A DNA stretch of 64,000 bases from the human T2T-CHM13v2.0 reference genome, Homo sapiens, in the NCBI RefSeq assembly GCF_009914755.1, contig NC_060928.1; one strand, 5' to 3'. Shown one piece after another: positions 18,838 through 32,505 of the stretch. Each line of letters begins with the position of its first letter. Position 1 is the stretch's first letter. Below the pieces are notes generated by a model, which saw nothing but the letters and a program-made list of their open reading frames with translations, was not told the DNA's origin and did no database searches. The position numbers were made by a program, and so were the translations under genes.

Positions 18838-18965
18838 CTCATTTATGCCTGGTTGCAATTTTTTGAATTTTTGCAATCAGACCTTGGTAATTACCTTGAG
18901 CAGCAGGATATAAATAACTCCCACATGCTTAGCGTTCCAATAATGGAACACTAGGCATAAGTGGG
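18838..18965 (-). mobile_element. MER85 non-autonomous piggyBac (PGBD3-derived) element
   Basis: TIRs CTCATTTATGCCT and AGGCATAAGTGGG; internal palindrome GTTCCAATAATGGAAC at 18934-18949; degenerate TTAA flanks. Confidence 0.9.
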
Positions 18966-21029
18966 TGAAGGAAACATCACTATTTTTAATTTAAATAATA
19001 TGACAAATGAAATAAACACGAATGTTAATGCTGAAGTTATATATTTAAAATGTCTTCTTTTAAGCCTCTGCTTTGGTTAAGGAAGTTGATGAATCAGTTA
19101 TTCAAAAATTTCTTAATATTTTATTTTTTGTGATAAGAATTTTTCAGTGTTTTTCCTTTATTTCATTCTTTGTAGGAGCGTTATACTGTGTAAACTAGAC
19201 TCATTATTAAGTTACTGGGGGTGGGGAAGAACCGCAAGTTACTGGTGAACATTTTTCATAGCCAAGATTTTCTTTTGCTTGGTAACTTTCTGTCACCTAT
19301 TACCTAGAATAATAATGAGAAAGTAACGAGTTACAACAGACCTGTTTGCATCTCATATCTTTTTGTTTCCCAGACTTACTCATTAAATAAGTGCTAATGA
19401 ACAGCAAATGGCCAAACACCAGGCAGTAGAGCAGGCAGAAGAGTAGGAAAGGTCTTACAAGATGTGATCAGTATAATAAGGTTCTCAACTCCATCACTAA
19501 TTCAACATTGTTCAGCCTTTCAGCACAAGACACTGAGGTAGAATTAGCGAAGAATGTAGAGGTAACTTAGAAGCACTCTACCTCTTCCAAAGCTTTAAAC
19601 TATGAATGAAGATGAAAAATGTGTGCGTAAACAATAGGATAACAAGGCAATATGTGTAAGTTCTGTGAAGGAGAAACAAAATACAAAGTTCAGTAGAAAA
19701 AGAGGTGACTTATAACTAAGGATGGCAAGTTGAGGGGGGAAGGAAAAAATTAATGAAAGGGAAAAGTAGTAAGCTCTGCTTTCCTTTCTGAAAGGAGAAA
19801 AAGTCTAAGCAACAGAATCAGGTATATTCAAAAATAAATCCTTGCGACTGATAGAAAAATGGGAGGTAGGGGCTGGAAGATATTGAGAATGTAAACATCA
19901 TGCTGCAAGGACAGAAACAGTAACTTTTCTCTCAAGATCTGTGTCCTATTCCCAACTTCAAGGACACCTCTTTCCCAAACTAGTGGTGCAATAGTGAATT
20001 CAGCATGGAAAGACTCATGATTCAGCAAGTAAAATTGAAGACTAATAAAGACATTAATAAAGATATCAATCTTCATATACCAAAGTCTTATTATTTCTTT
20101 TAAAATGCAGCAAAAGTAATGAAAATGGTTTGAGTTCAAAGATGCCGCTTCAAAGGTACAATGCCTCCACTGTGTTTTAAGAGCAAGTGATATTTTAAAA
20201 TAATTATTCTACATCTTCAATGGAGTAATTGCTTTTCACATTAAAGAAAGAGATAAGCGCCCAAGTTTTATAATATAAAAAGTGCTATGCATGTGTATTA
20301 ACTAATTCTCTCAAAGGAGTTTTACTACACATTTGGCATTGTGTGCTATAACTCAGAGTGTCATGGTGCTGTGCTCTTACATGAAAACATGGATGGTTTC
20401 CTAACTGAGTTAGACAGAAGTAGATAAAGAATATCAATATCATGTACTGTGGTTCCTTTATATGCATAGTTTATGGTTACTATTTTTTTCATTAAGTGAG
20501 ATAATGTTTTAACATAAGTATTTTTATTGGTCTGATTATTACAAGTGGCCATTGAGGTTTGTTTATTCTGAATAAAACAAGCTCTTCAATTTGTAAAAAT
20601 TGGCCACTTTGTTAATCGTTCATTTATTCTTTCACCCAAATATATATTGAGAACTTATAATTTGCAAAATACTGTAAGTGCTAAATACCAAGGTGCATCA
20701 ATGTGCTTTCTGGCTTCAAAAATTTGTTGTTTAGCAAATAAAAGACATAAATAACATTAATATAGATGTAAACAGTCATAATACAAAGTACAGTAAGTTA
20801 TAAAGTTTTCATTAGTAAAGATGAAGTGTTAGAGGATTTTGAGAAGCACTGATGTTGGTATGCTTACTTTCTGTTCTTCACACACAGCTTGAAATACTTG
20901 TTTTTCCTTACATGCTTAGTGTATCCCCAATATTTGGTACCAAATATATAACAGTCTGCTCGAGGTTATTTAACATTATTTCAGTCTTGAGAGCCTTACT
21001 ATGTGGTTAAGTTTTCATTAATTTAATTA

Positions 21030-21350
21030 ATGTAACAAATATTTATCGAGTGTCTATGTGCCAAGTATTAGTCTAGGAATTCATGGTACCAGTGTAAAAC
21101 ACAATATCTTGCTCTCTGGGAATGTATATTCTAGTTGAAGAAAAAAAATAATAAAGACAATTCCAGATTGAAGAGTTAGTATTAAAAAAAATGAAGTAGC
21201 ATACTAGGCATAATCATGATGATGGTGAGGTGCCATTTAAAATAAAGTGGTCAGGAAAATCGCTTTTTGAGAAGATGACTTTTGAGCAGAGACCTGAATG
21301 ATGAAAGGGCAAAAGTGATGTGGCTCTCCAGTGGAAAGCAGAGTGTACAA
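21030..21350 (-). mobile_element. L2 3' fragment
   Basis: AACAAATATTTATCGAGTGTCTATGTGCCAAG and TTTGAGCAGAGACCTGAATGA are L2 motifs. Confidence 0.75.
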
Positions 21351-21759
21351 CAGTTACTGGAAATAATATATATTATATATATATAATAATAGTAGATCAC
21401 TATAATTTTTCTTTCTTCTCGTGACCACATTAGTACCTTATTTCCATTTATCATGTAACTGTCATATCTTTGAGAATACCTTCTTCAATTATCTGACCAC
21501 TACTTGCAGTCACTTATATTTTCACACCCTGCCTTGTTTTGAAAATTCATTTTTAAATCAAAATTACACATACTATAGATGCAGTTTATCTGCATATTTG
21601 ATTTTATTTAGAAACTCTGATCTTGAAAAGAGAGCCAGTGTATCTGTTAATTAGGCATAATCTCTTTACTATTGAAAATGTATGTGGATTATCACTATTA
21701 TCTGTTACCATAATTTAATAAACTTTTCATCCACAATGTTAAACTATTCAAAAGAGTCC

Positions 21760-22160
21760 CTTACCCTCTTCTACAGTAGCAGAGTTTTAGCTGGGTTTAT
21801 GGTCCCCCAAATAAGATTACATTTCATACCTTTCCTTGATCCTATACAGAGGGCCAATGGAATGTGAACAGAGGTGTGGACAACTTCCAAGTCATTCCAA
21901 CTTAAACACAAGCTCTTTGCCTTAGACTGACACCCCCTTTCAATGACCTGGAATATTTACGTTGCTGGGACCCAGGTTTTACCAGGCAGATGGGGACAAT
22001 GCATTAGGGGATGACTGAGCAACAAGATAGGAGGAACATGATTCTCCTGTAGAGAAGAGTTGCCCTGGCTGGACTGCTATGAGTAAGAGAAAGGCATCTC
22101 TGTCTTATTTAATACCCACTTTATGTGTGTGATATTGTTCCACTTTTAACCCTAAACATA
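21760..22160 (+). mobile_element. Old MaLR LTR (MLT1J/K-like)
   Basis: GGCCAATGGAATGTGAACAGAGGTG and GAGCAACAAGATAGGAGG motifs. Confidence 0.55.
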
Positions 22161-22766
22161 ACGATCATACCTGTCTCTAAATATTTCACTACATGTAACA
22201 GAAGTATCATTCTGCCCACCTTAGTAAGGATATCCAATTCTGAGAACTCAGATGCTCCACTTCTGTTTTTTACCATTTTCTTCTTTTCCTTTCCCTTCCC
22301 CCTCCTTTTCCACTTCCTCGTCCTTCACGCTGTACTGAGACATCATTTAGTTCATCTTATTAAAATGTACAATTAAACTATTAATAGTAAGTTTACAGAG
22401 TTATATGGCCATCACCAAAATCCATTTGTAGAACTTTTCCATCACCCAACAAGCTCTCTCAAGTCCAATCAATTGACAGTTCCATACTACCTTCAAGCCA
22501 ACCACGAATTGTTTCTATAGATTAGCCTCTTCTGGGCATTTCATTAAATGGAATTAGATAATACAAAATCTTTTGTGTCTGGCATCTTAGAATGAGTTTT
22601 TGATGTTTATCTATGTTGTAGCAAGTGACAAGATTTTTTTCTTTTAATGATGAATAGTGTTCTATTATAGGGATATATCATTTTGTTTTTCCAGTCAATA
22701 ATTGAAGAAACTTAGTTTCCAGCTTCTCTTAGGAAAAGTGCTGTAATGAATATTTATTGAATAGTC

Positions 22767-22916
22767 TGTGTGTGTGTGTGTGTGTGTGTGTGTAGCTGTA
22801 TATATATATGTGTGTGTGTATATATATATGTGTGTATATATATGTGTGTGTGTATATGTGTGTGTATGTGTGTGTGTGTGCATGTGTGTGTGTGCATGTG
22901 TGTGTGTGTGTGTGTG
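22767..22916. repeat. Complex (TG)n/(TA)n microsatellite
   Basis: About 150 bp of alternating purine-pyrimidine sequence. Confidence 0.95.
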
Positions 22917-23315
22917 TTTTAGCCTGCTTAGGCTGCATAATAAAATACAACAGACTGGGTGTCTTAAACAACAGAAATTTATTTTCTTACAGTTCTGGAG
23001 TCTGAGAAGTCCAAGATCAAGGTGCCAGCCAGGTTGAAGTCTGTTGAGGACTCTCCACTTAGGTTTCAGAGGGCCACCCTCTTTATATGTACTCATATGA
23101 TCTCTTCTTTGTGTGTGCATGAAAACAGAGTGTGCTCAAGCCCTCTGATTTCTCTGCATAGAAAGACACTAATCCTATCAGATAAGGACTCCATCCTTAT
23201 GCCGTCATTTAACCTTAATTACCTCCTTAGAGGCCCTGTATTAAAATTAATCCACACTGAGCATTAGTGTTCAACATATGAACTTTTGAGGGGACACAAA
23301 CATTCAGTCATAGCA
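22917..23315 (-). mobile_element. MLT1A-type LTR nested in L1
   Basis: CTTAAACAACAGAAATTTATTTTCTTACAGTTCTGGAG...AAGTCCAAGATCAAGGTG...AAACATTCAGTCATAGCA. Confidence 0.85.
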
Positions 23316-25639
23316 TCTTACTAGGGTAGATATTTAGGGAGAAATTGCTCAGTTTTATGATACATTAATGTTTACCTTCTTATGTAACTGGACAGCTGTG
23401 TACTATTTCACATTCCCACCAATTTCTTCACATTTTTGCCACTTTTGTAAAATACGTGAAGTGGTATCTGATTATTGTTTTACTTTGTATTTCTCTAATG
23501 ATTAGTGACATTGAGTATCTTTTTACTGACATCTGTGTATTTTCTTTGATGAAGTGCTTGTTCCAATCATGCATACATATTTATTTGAGGTTTTTTGACA
23601 ATCTTATTTATTTTGAAGTATTCCTTTATAATCTTGATAAGAGTTTTTTTTTAATCAGATACATGTTTGCAAGTATCTTCTACTAGTCCATGATTTTCCC
23701 CCCTATTTTCTTAGTGGAGTATTTTAAAATGCAAATTAAAAATTTTGCTGCAGTTATTTTTTAAACTTATGTGTTTAGCTTTGATATTGTATCTAAGAAT
23801 ATATTCCAAGGTCATTAAGATTTTTTTTCATGTCTTCTAGAAAATGCCTATATTTAACTTTTATATGTAAGTCTATCCGTTATTTTGTGTTTGTGTTTGA
23901 GTATGGTATGAGGCACTGTTTTGGCATGGGGAAATCCAATTTAACCTGAACTATTTCTTAGAAAGGTTATCCTTTCCCCTGTTGAATTATTTTGGCACTT
24001 TTGTTGATAGTATGTTGACCATGAATATAGGAGTCTATTTCAGAATACTCGTGTCTTCCATTGATCTAAATTCCTGTCTTTATGCTAGTACCATATTGTA
24101 GCTTTATGGCAAGTTTTGAAATCTTGAACTGTAAGTTTTCCAACACTTTTTTTCTTTCTACCGACTTATTTTTGGTTATTGAGTTCTCCTTGTTTTCATA
24201 TAAATATTGGTGTCAGCTTGCCAGTTGCTGCAAAATAGCATGCTGGGAAATTAGTAACAATTCTGTTGAATGTATAAATCAATTTGGGGATGATTACCAT
24301 CTTAACAATATTGAGTATTTCAATTTATGAATTTAGAATACATATCCACCTATTTATATCTGCTTTAATTTCTATGCAGAAAGATTTTTTTGGCTTTCAT
24401 TATACAAATCTTGCTCTTCTATTAGGTTATCTTAGGATTTTATTCATTTTGATATTGTGAACGGAATCATTTCTTGTAGTTATATTGTTCTTGCTAATGA
24501 ATAAACTCTATTTTTTGTATTTTGATCTGAAAACTTATGGCCATGAGGAACTCAATTGTTTGTTAAAGTTTTTGTGGATCTGTCAGGATTTTCTGCAAGT
24601 AGGATCATGTTATGCAAATAAATACATTTACAGTCCTTCCTTTTAAATCTAGATGCCTTTTCTTTCTTTTATCATTTTTTGGTTGCAGTGGCTTGAACCT
24701 CCAGAACAATGGTGAATGGAATTTTGAAAGTAAAAACCATTTCCTGTTTCTAATATTAGGTAGCAAGCATTTAGCCATTGAGCTTTAAATATGATGTTAG
24801 CTGTATATTTTCCAAAGATGCTATTTATCATGTTGAAGAAATTTCCTAATACTCATAGTTTGTTGAGGGTTTCTAATCATAATTGATGCTGAGTTTTTTG
24901 AAATACTTTACTTGCTCATTGAGGTGATCATGTGGTTTTTATCCTTTATTCTGTTGAGATGGTATGTTGCATTAATTGATTTTCAGATGTTCAGCCAAAT
25001 TTGCATTCCTGGGATAAGTCTTTAAAGGTTATGGAGTAAAATATTTTTTACATATTACTGAATTTAGTTTGCCAATATTTTGTTAAGGACTCATGAATCT
25101 GTATTCATGAGATATATTGATCTGTGATATTCTCTTCTTGTGATGTTTTAGTATTTCTTTGGTATTTTAATAATGACTTCAAAATAACTTGGGAAGTCTG
25201 CCTTTCCCTTTTGTTTTCTAGAAGGCTTTGTGAAGGATTGGTATTATTCCTTCTTTAAATGTTTGATAGAAGTTAGCAGTATGTTCTGAAGACTTTTTGC
25301 AATAAGATTTTGCATTATTCAATTATTTACTTGCTTTGATCTATTCAGATTTTTCTCATCGCTGAGTGAGTTTGATACTTTGTGTCTTTCTAGGAATTTG
25401 TCTATTTTATCTGCTCTGCTAACATGAAGTTGTTGATAATTTTTTTTATAATCCTGTCTTGTTGGTAGAGAGGTTCTCTTTCATTCCAGATTTTGGCAAT
25501 CTGTACCTTCTTTAAATTTTTGTCAGTCTAGCAAATGAATCAACTTTTGATTGTAGTGATTTTTCTCCTCTGTGTTTCTTTTTTATTTCACTGATTTTGC
25601 TCTTTATTATTTCCTTACTTCTGTTTAATTTGTGTTATT

Positions 25640-26030
25640 TTTGTTTTTTAAACTTTTTTACTTGGCACATGATAATTCTGCATATTTATGTGATACATAG
25701 TGATGTTGAGATACATATAATATATAGTGATTATATCAGGGTTATTATCATATCCATCACTTCAAACAGTTGTTTTTCTGTGTTTGTTGGTGCATTCCAT
25801 ATCCTCCTTCTAGCTATTTGAAACCATATATTATTATTAACTATAGTCATCCTACAGTGCTATAGAACACTGGAACTTATTCATTTTATCTAGCTGTAAT
25901 TACGTGTGCTTTGACAAATTTCTTCCTATCCTGCCTCCTCTCTACACGTTCCAGCTGCCAGCATCCTCAGTTCTACTTTATGCTTCCATGAGACCAGTTT
26001 TCTTTTAGCTTCCAAATATGAATGAGAACT
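25640..26030 (-). mobile_element. L1MA 3' end nested in the older L1
   Basis: ATAATTCTGCATATTTATG...CTACAGTGCTATAGAACAC...AATATGAATGAGAAC. Confidence 0.75.
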
Positions 26031-26754
26031 ATTTGCTTTTTTTCTGTCTTAAGTTAGCAACTTAGGTTATTGACTTAGGATATTTTTTTCTTTTCCAATA
26101 AAGTCGTTTAAAGCCATAATTTTGCGGTTAACACTGCTTTACCTGATTGCTATAAATGTAAACATGTTGTATTTCTGCTTTTATTCAGTTCAACAATTTT
26201 TTTTTCCAATTTTGTCTTGTAATTTATTTCACCAATGGGTGCATTGTTTAATTTCTGAATATTTGTGGACTTCTCAAATTTCTGTATCTTTATTTCTGTT
26301 TTTTCCCTATGTGACCAGATAGAATACTGTATGATTTCAATCATTCTTGATTCATTGACACTTACTCTATAGTCCAGTGTATTCTATTCTGGAGTATATT
26401 CATGTGTGCTTGATAGAATGTGTATTTGCTATTATTGGGTAGAGTGTACTACAGATGACAGGTCAAATTTGTTGATAGACTTGTTCTGGTATTGTCTTTC
26501 CTTGCTGATTTCTTACCTATTAATAACTGAAAGCAAGTATTAAAATCAATAGCATTTTATTATTGAATTCCCTAGTCTATCTTTGATTCTGTCATCTAGA
26601 TTTGCCTCGCATATTTAGGTCTCAGTTTCAGGTATTTACATGTTTAGAATTATTATATTTTACTGATGAATTTAGTCTTTTATACTTTGCTATGTTTTTT
26701 TTTTTTCTTTTAGTAACCTCATTTACCTTAAAACTTATTTTATCTGCTGTTAAT

Positions 26755-27181
26755 TATCTTAGTCTGGTCAGGCTACCAAAAACCAAATACCATAAACAGG
26801 GTGGCTTAAACAATAGTAATATATTTCTTAAAAGTCTGGAGACTAAAAGTCCAAGAACAATGTGCCAACAGTTCCAGTGCCTGGTAAGGGCTTTCTCCTT
26901 GGGTTGCAAATGCCTGCCTTCTCACTGTATCCTAACATGGTCTTTCTTTGATACATACCGAGGTGGGGTGGGGCAGGGAGAAACACAAAGCATGAAAACC
27001 CAAAGGATCAAGCTCTCTGAGGCCTTTTCTTCTAAGGACACTAATCCCATCATGAGGGCTCTGCCTATTGACCTCATCTAAATCCAATTACCTCTGAAAG
27101 ACACCATCTTCAAAAACCCATCACATTGAAGCTTAGGGCTTCAACATATAAATTTGAGAGGAAACAATTCAGTTCATAATA
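26755..27181 (-). mobile_element. MLT1A-type LTR nested in L1
   Basis: CTTAGTCTGGTCAGGCTACC...GGACACTAATCCCATCATGAGGGCTC...AGGGCTTCAACATAT. Confidence 0.8.
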
Positions 27182-28664
27182 TCAGTGTAGCTACACTAAT
27201 TCTTTTATGGTTACCATTGCATGCAGTTCATCGTTATACCATCCACCTATTTGTATTTGTGTTTTAAAGTGTTTCTCTTACAGACAGCATAAGATTAGAT
27301 CTTTTTTCTTAATCCAGTCTCAAAATTTATGCCATTTACTATAGGTGTTTAAATTATTTATATTATTGTAATATTTCATATCATTGGATTTTTGCCTGAA
27401 TTGTGCTTTTTATTGCTATACCTCATCATATTATTCTGGCTATTCTTTTTTACTGTGATCTTTTTGTTAAATATATAAATTGAAATGTGTCATTTTAATT
27501 CCTTATTAGTTTTTGTACTATATATTTATGAATTATTTTCTATTTGTGCTAGGTATACAATATGTGCCTTAATGTATCACAGTCTACTTCAGGTTAATAT
27601 TAACTTGATTCCAGTAAGATATACAATATTGCTCGAATAACTTCTACCCACTGTTGTTATTTCTACTCACTGTTATTATGCTGTTATTGTCTTTATATGT
27701 TGTATGTTCAACAACACAGTTTTGTAATTGTGATTTATGCATTTCTTTTAAATCAGTTAAAGAAAAGAGAAAATAAACTATGTACACTATCTTCATATTT
27801 GCCCACATAATTATCTTTTCCATTTCTTTCATTTGTTTGAGTGGATTCAAATTAGTGTCTGATTTCATTTCCTTTCAGAATGAGTGCTGCTGTAGTGTTT
27901 ATTGGAAGAAAAATCTGCTAGCAATAGATTCTCTCAGTATTTTAAAATGTGGTAATATTGTGATTTCACCTTCAATTTTGAAGGATAGTTTTCCTGGATG
28001 TAGGATTCTTGGTTGACAGATTTTTTTTTTTATTTGTTTAAGCAGTGTCTTTCCACTGCCTTCTGGCCTCCTTTGTTTCTTGTAAAACATCAGCTGCTAA
28101 TTTATTATGGTTTCATTGTAACTGATGAGTTACATTTCTCTTGTTTCCTTTAAGTTTTTTTCTTTGGCCCTGTCTGTCAGTAGTTTGACTATGATCTGTC
28201 TAGGAATGGATGCCTTCAGGTTTCTGCTAACTAGATTCATTGAACTTATTGAATATATGAATTTAATACTAGCTTCTTGAAATTTGGGGAAATTTTTACC
28301 CATAATTTCTTTAGATTTTTCCCCTCTTTCAGAGACTCTTATTACATCATTATTACATATGTGTGTTTTTGTTATTATATATGTTTTGTTTTTGTTCTTT
28401 GTTTTTTTCCTCAAAGAAAAAAACCAGTTGTTAGACTTAGCATACAGTGTTCCTGTATTTGTTGACTACAGGGACATTGAATTTCTTCCTTGTATTTATT
28501 GATATCTGGGAGTATTTAGATAATATATTATAGCATATTAGGTTTGCAATCCTTTGATATTTGTTAATATTTTTGTTTGCTTTTTTGATTGCTGTTTTTT
28601 TCTAGAGAATCATTCTCTGCTAAATCTTTTGTGCATTTTTGGCAGTCTTTTAAGATGCTTAAAC

Positions 28665-30775
28665 TTGGCCCATAATAATGGCATATATTTATGGGGTACC
28701 TAGTAGTGTTGTGTGATACATGTAATGTATAGTGATTATATACACTAATGTATAGATCAGGGTGATTAGCATATCCATCATTTCAAAACTTTATTATTTG
28801 TTTATGTTGGGAACATTCAATATCCTCTCTCTCGTTATTTGAAACTATATAATATATAGTTTCAAACTATATATATCCTACAGTGCTATAGTACACAAGA
28901 ATTTGTTCCTATCTAGCTCTAATTTTGTGTCTGTGTACCCTTACTACCCTCTAGTATCCTCAGTTCTACTTTTGTTTTTTAAAGGATCTAGCATGCAAGT
29001 ACAGATTGTGCAGGTTTGTTACATAGGTATACATATGCCATGGTGGTTTGCTGCACCTATCAACCCGTCATCTAGCTTTTAAGCCCCGCATGTATTAGGT
29101 ATTTGTCCTAATGCTCTCCCTCCACTTGTCCCCCATCCCCGACAGGCCCTGCTGTGTGATGCTACTTTTTACTTCCATTATATAAATTATTTTTGGCTTT
29201 CATATATGAGTGAGAACATGCAGTGTTTTACTTCTGTTCTTGGCTTATTTCACTTAATGTCCTCTAGTTTCATCCATGTTGCTATAAATGACAGGATATC
29301 ATTCTTTGTTATGTCTGCATGGTAATGTATTGTGTACCACATTTTTTATCCAGTAATCTGTTGCTAGATTCCTTGGTTTGTTTCATTTCCTTCCTTTTCT
29401 CTACATCCCGGCCAGCATTTTTTATTTTTTGTTATTTTGATAATAGCCATTAAAACTACAGTATGATACAACATCATTATGGTTTTCATTTTAATTTCCC
29501 TGATGATTAGTGATAGTGAGCATTTTTTTGTATACTTGCTAGACATTTATATGTCTTCTTTGAAGAAATGTCTATTGAGGTCATTTGCCCTTTTCTTAAT
29601 TAGACGATTTTGTGTTGTTGTTGTTGTTGTTGAGAAATTTGAGTTTCTTTTATAGTCTAGATATTAATCCCCTGTTGAATGAGTAGTGTGCAAATATTTT
29701 CTTCCATTCTATAGGTTGTCTTTTTATGCTGTTAATTGTTTCCTTTGCAGTGTAGAAGCTTTTAGGTTTGACATAATCTCACTTGTTTATTTTTGTGTTG
29801 TTGCCGGCGTTTTGAAGTCTTCCTCATAAAATATTTTCTCAAATCAATGTCCTGAAATATTTTTCTTATGTTTTCTTCTAAAAATTATATATTTTCTAGT
29901 CTTACATTTAGATCTTTGATCTATTTTATTTCTGCATAGTGTGAAAGGTGGAGGATCTAGTTTTATTTTTCTGCCTATGGATATCCAGTTTTCCTAGCAC
30001 CATTTATTGAAGAGATTGTCTCTGCCTTAATGTATGTTCTGGATGCCTTTTTCAAAAATCAGTTGGCTGTAGATGTATGGATTAATTTCTGGGTTCTCTT
30101 TTCTGTTTAATTGGTCTATATTTCTGTTCTTATGAAAGCACCCTGCTGTTTTGGTTACTACAGCTTTGTAGCACATTTTGAAGTTTGATAGTGTGACACC
30201 TTCAGCTTTGTTCATTTTGCTTAAGATTGCTTTGGCTATTCAGATCCTTTTGTGGTTTCATACAAAGTTTAGAGATTTTTTTCCAATTCTGTGAAGAATG
30301 TCATGAATAAGAGTTGCATTGAATCTATAGGTTGCTTTGGGAAATATGGTCATTTTAGCAATATTAACTCTTCCTATCCATAAGTATGGGATGCTTTTCC
30401 ATTTGTTTCTGTTATTTTGGGTTTCTTTCATCAGCATTTTGTTGTTTTCTTTGTAGGGATCATTCATCTCCTTGGCCAAATACTATACACTTCATTGAAT
30501 AAATACTTACTATTCCGAGGTAATTTATTACTTTTGTATCTCCTGTTAGTGGGATTATGGTTTTTATTTATTTTTCAGGTAATTTATTGTCTGTGTACAG
30601 AAAGACTACTGATTTTTGAATGTTGATATTCTATCCTGAAACTTTTTGAATTTGTTTAGCAGTTCTGAGAGATTTTGTGTAGTCCTTACATTTTTCTAGA
30701 TCCTGTCTTCTGAGAGTGGGGACAATATGGCTTCCTCCTTTCCAATTTGGATGCCGTTTATTGCTTTCTCTCTGA
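28665..30775 (-). mobile_element. L1MA-type 3' portion nested in the older L1, itself containing an L1PA 3' fragment (~28985-29163)
   Basis: 3'UTR followed by ORF2 C-terminal peptides on the minus strand (30027-30479). The L1PA motif GTTACATAGGTATACATATGCCATGGTGG is embedded. Confidence 0.8.
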
Positions 30776-32505
30776 TATCTCTGTTTAGTTTTTGTTTGAA
30801 TTTGTCTTTGTTTTTTTAAGCCTGGATATCTAGGAGTTGCTTTTGAGTCACTATAGCTTAATGGTCAGCCAAGGATTATTCAGAGCTTGTGTTTACGTAG
30901 TATGAGTAAATTTTCCACTCTTTGCTGATAGGTCAGTGGAGAAACTTATTTAAAGTTCAGGCACTATGTTGGCATGCCTTGGCTTTGCATTTTGATAATT
31001 CTATTTGTGTTTCTTCTGTGACAGTGCAAGGTCTTATGTTGGAGAAGCAATATGTAGGCAGCTAGAGCCCTCTCCAGTATTTCCTGAGCATATGCATAAC
31101 TTTGCTAATATATGCAGCTTCCCAGACCAGGAGGGGCTTATAGAGTTTATCAAGGACCACTGTGTTGCTGTCTCATTCCTCAGATCTTGTAAAATTTCTG
31201 ACTAGTATTCTAATCTGTTGCTTGACCAAGCTTGTATTGCAACCTCAGGTTTGTTGAGATGTTGGCCTTCCTTGATTTTTTTAAATACCAAAACTGTTAT
31301 CATTTTTGGCAATTCCCTGAGTATTGTTTTCTCTACACACCATTCCAAATCAAATCAGCTCCCCTCCCAACCCCGGCATGGAAGCTGTTGGTTTTTATGG
31401 CTTTCAATGCCATGCTAAAATTCAGTGTCATGCTAAAATGACACAGACACACTCTTCTTATGTGATGTTCAGTATTTTCAGTATTTGCTATTAAATAAGT
31501 GATTTCCAATTTGTTGTATGTCTTTGTTTTTTTGTTTGTTTTTAGAATCCTTAAATAGTTTCACACATGAGTTTTATTTAGTTTTATCATTGCCTTTAAG
31601 GAGATTTGCTGAGCTCCTTATTTGGCCATTTGCGAAGTTACACATGCCTTTTTTTTTTCCCCCACAGGAGGGATAGAGAAATTTAGACCATGTGATTCAG
31701 TTTTTATGGAATAAGTGTCATTGTAGGTGCATCATGAATTATAGGCAATATATGAAATTTACTTTTCATGGTAATTCTGATGAAAAGAAGAATGTCAGAA
31801 ATGTGGATTATGGGTAGATAACAGCCAATAGTGTGGTTAGTCTGGAATACTATCTATTTTGAGGACCAGATAAGACTGGCATGGGAGATTGAAATGAGCT
31901 AGTAAAAGATTTTGAATGTGAAACTAAGGTTTCTAAATTAATATCTTTAGGTAATATCAAAGAGTGGAATGGTTTGAGTGATGGAATGACATGATTTATA
32001 GATGTGCTTCAGGGAAAAGAAAATAGCTGCCTACAATGTAAGTGATGGATTAAGGGTCAAAAAACTGAAATAAAACCAGTCAGCAGTCTTGTAATAGTCC
32101 AAATGGAAACTAATAAAGTCTCAGGATAGTTATTATCAGAAGGGAAAAAAGTAAGCTACTATGAAGCTATGTTACAGGAGGTCTTGGGAAGGACTTGAAT
32201 AACTTATTATATATCTGGGACCAGTAAAAGAGAGACTCAAAGAACGCTTCTAGCATTTGGCATTTGGTAACTGGACAAGTATACAATTAGCACAAATAAA
32301 GAACATAGAAGGAAAGACAGATATAGGGAAATAATTGTAAATGGTAGTTCATATTTATTGAATTGTTACTATAATTAGATATAGTTATGAGTTTTATGTA
32401 AATTATTAGTTACTCCTTACATAACACTTTGCATATAATAGGAAACAAAGGGAGCCAGATTAGTCAACTGTACCAAAATAAAATAGCTAATATATGACCG
32501 TATTA

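Larger units (their letters stand above)
22330..31610 (-). mobile_element. Large old L1M element(s), antisense to the gene, with nested insertions
   Basis: Read on +, it runs 3'UTR, then ORF2, then ORF1/5'-like sequence. Minus-strand ORFs give degenerate L1 peptides (PRILHPGKLSFKIEGEI; PRQIIVKLL; KPTANII-like). Confidence 0.8.

Noticed and set aside
22695-23120. His/Thr- and Cys/Val-rich ORFs
   Set aside because: Translations of the (TG/TA)n microsatellite.
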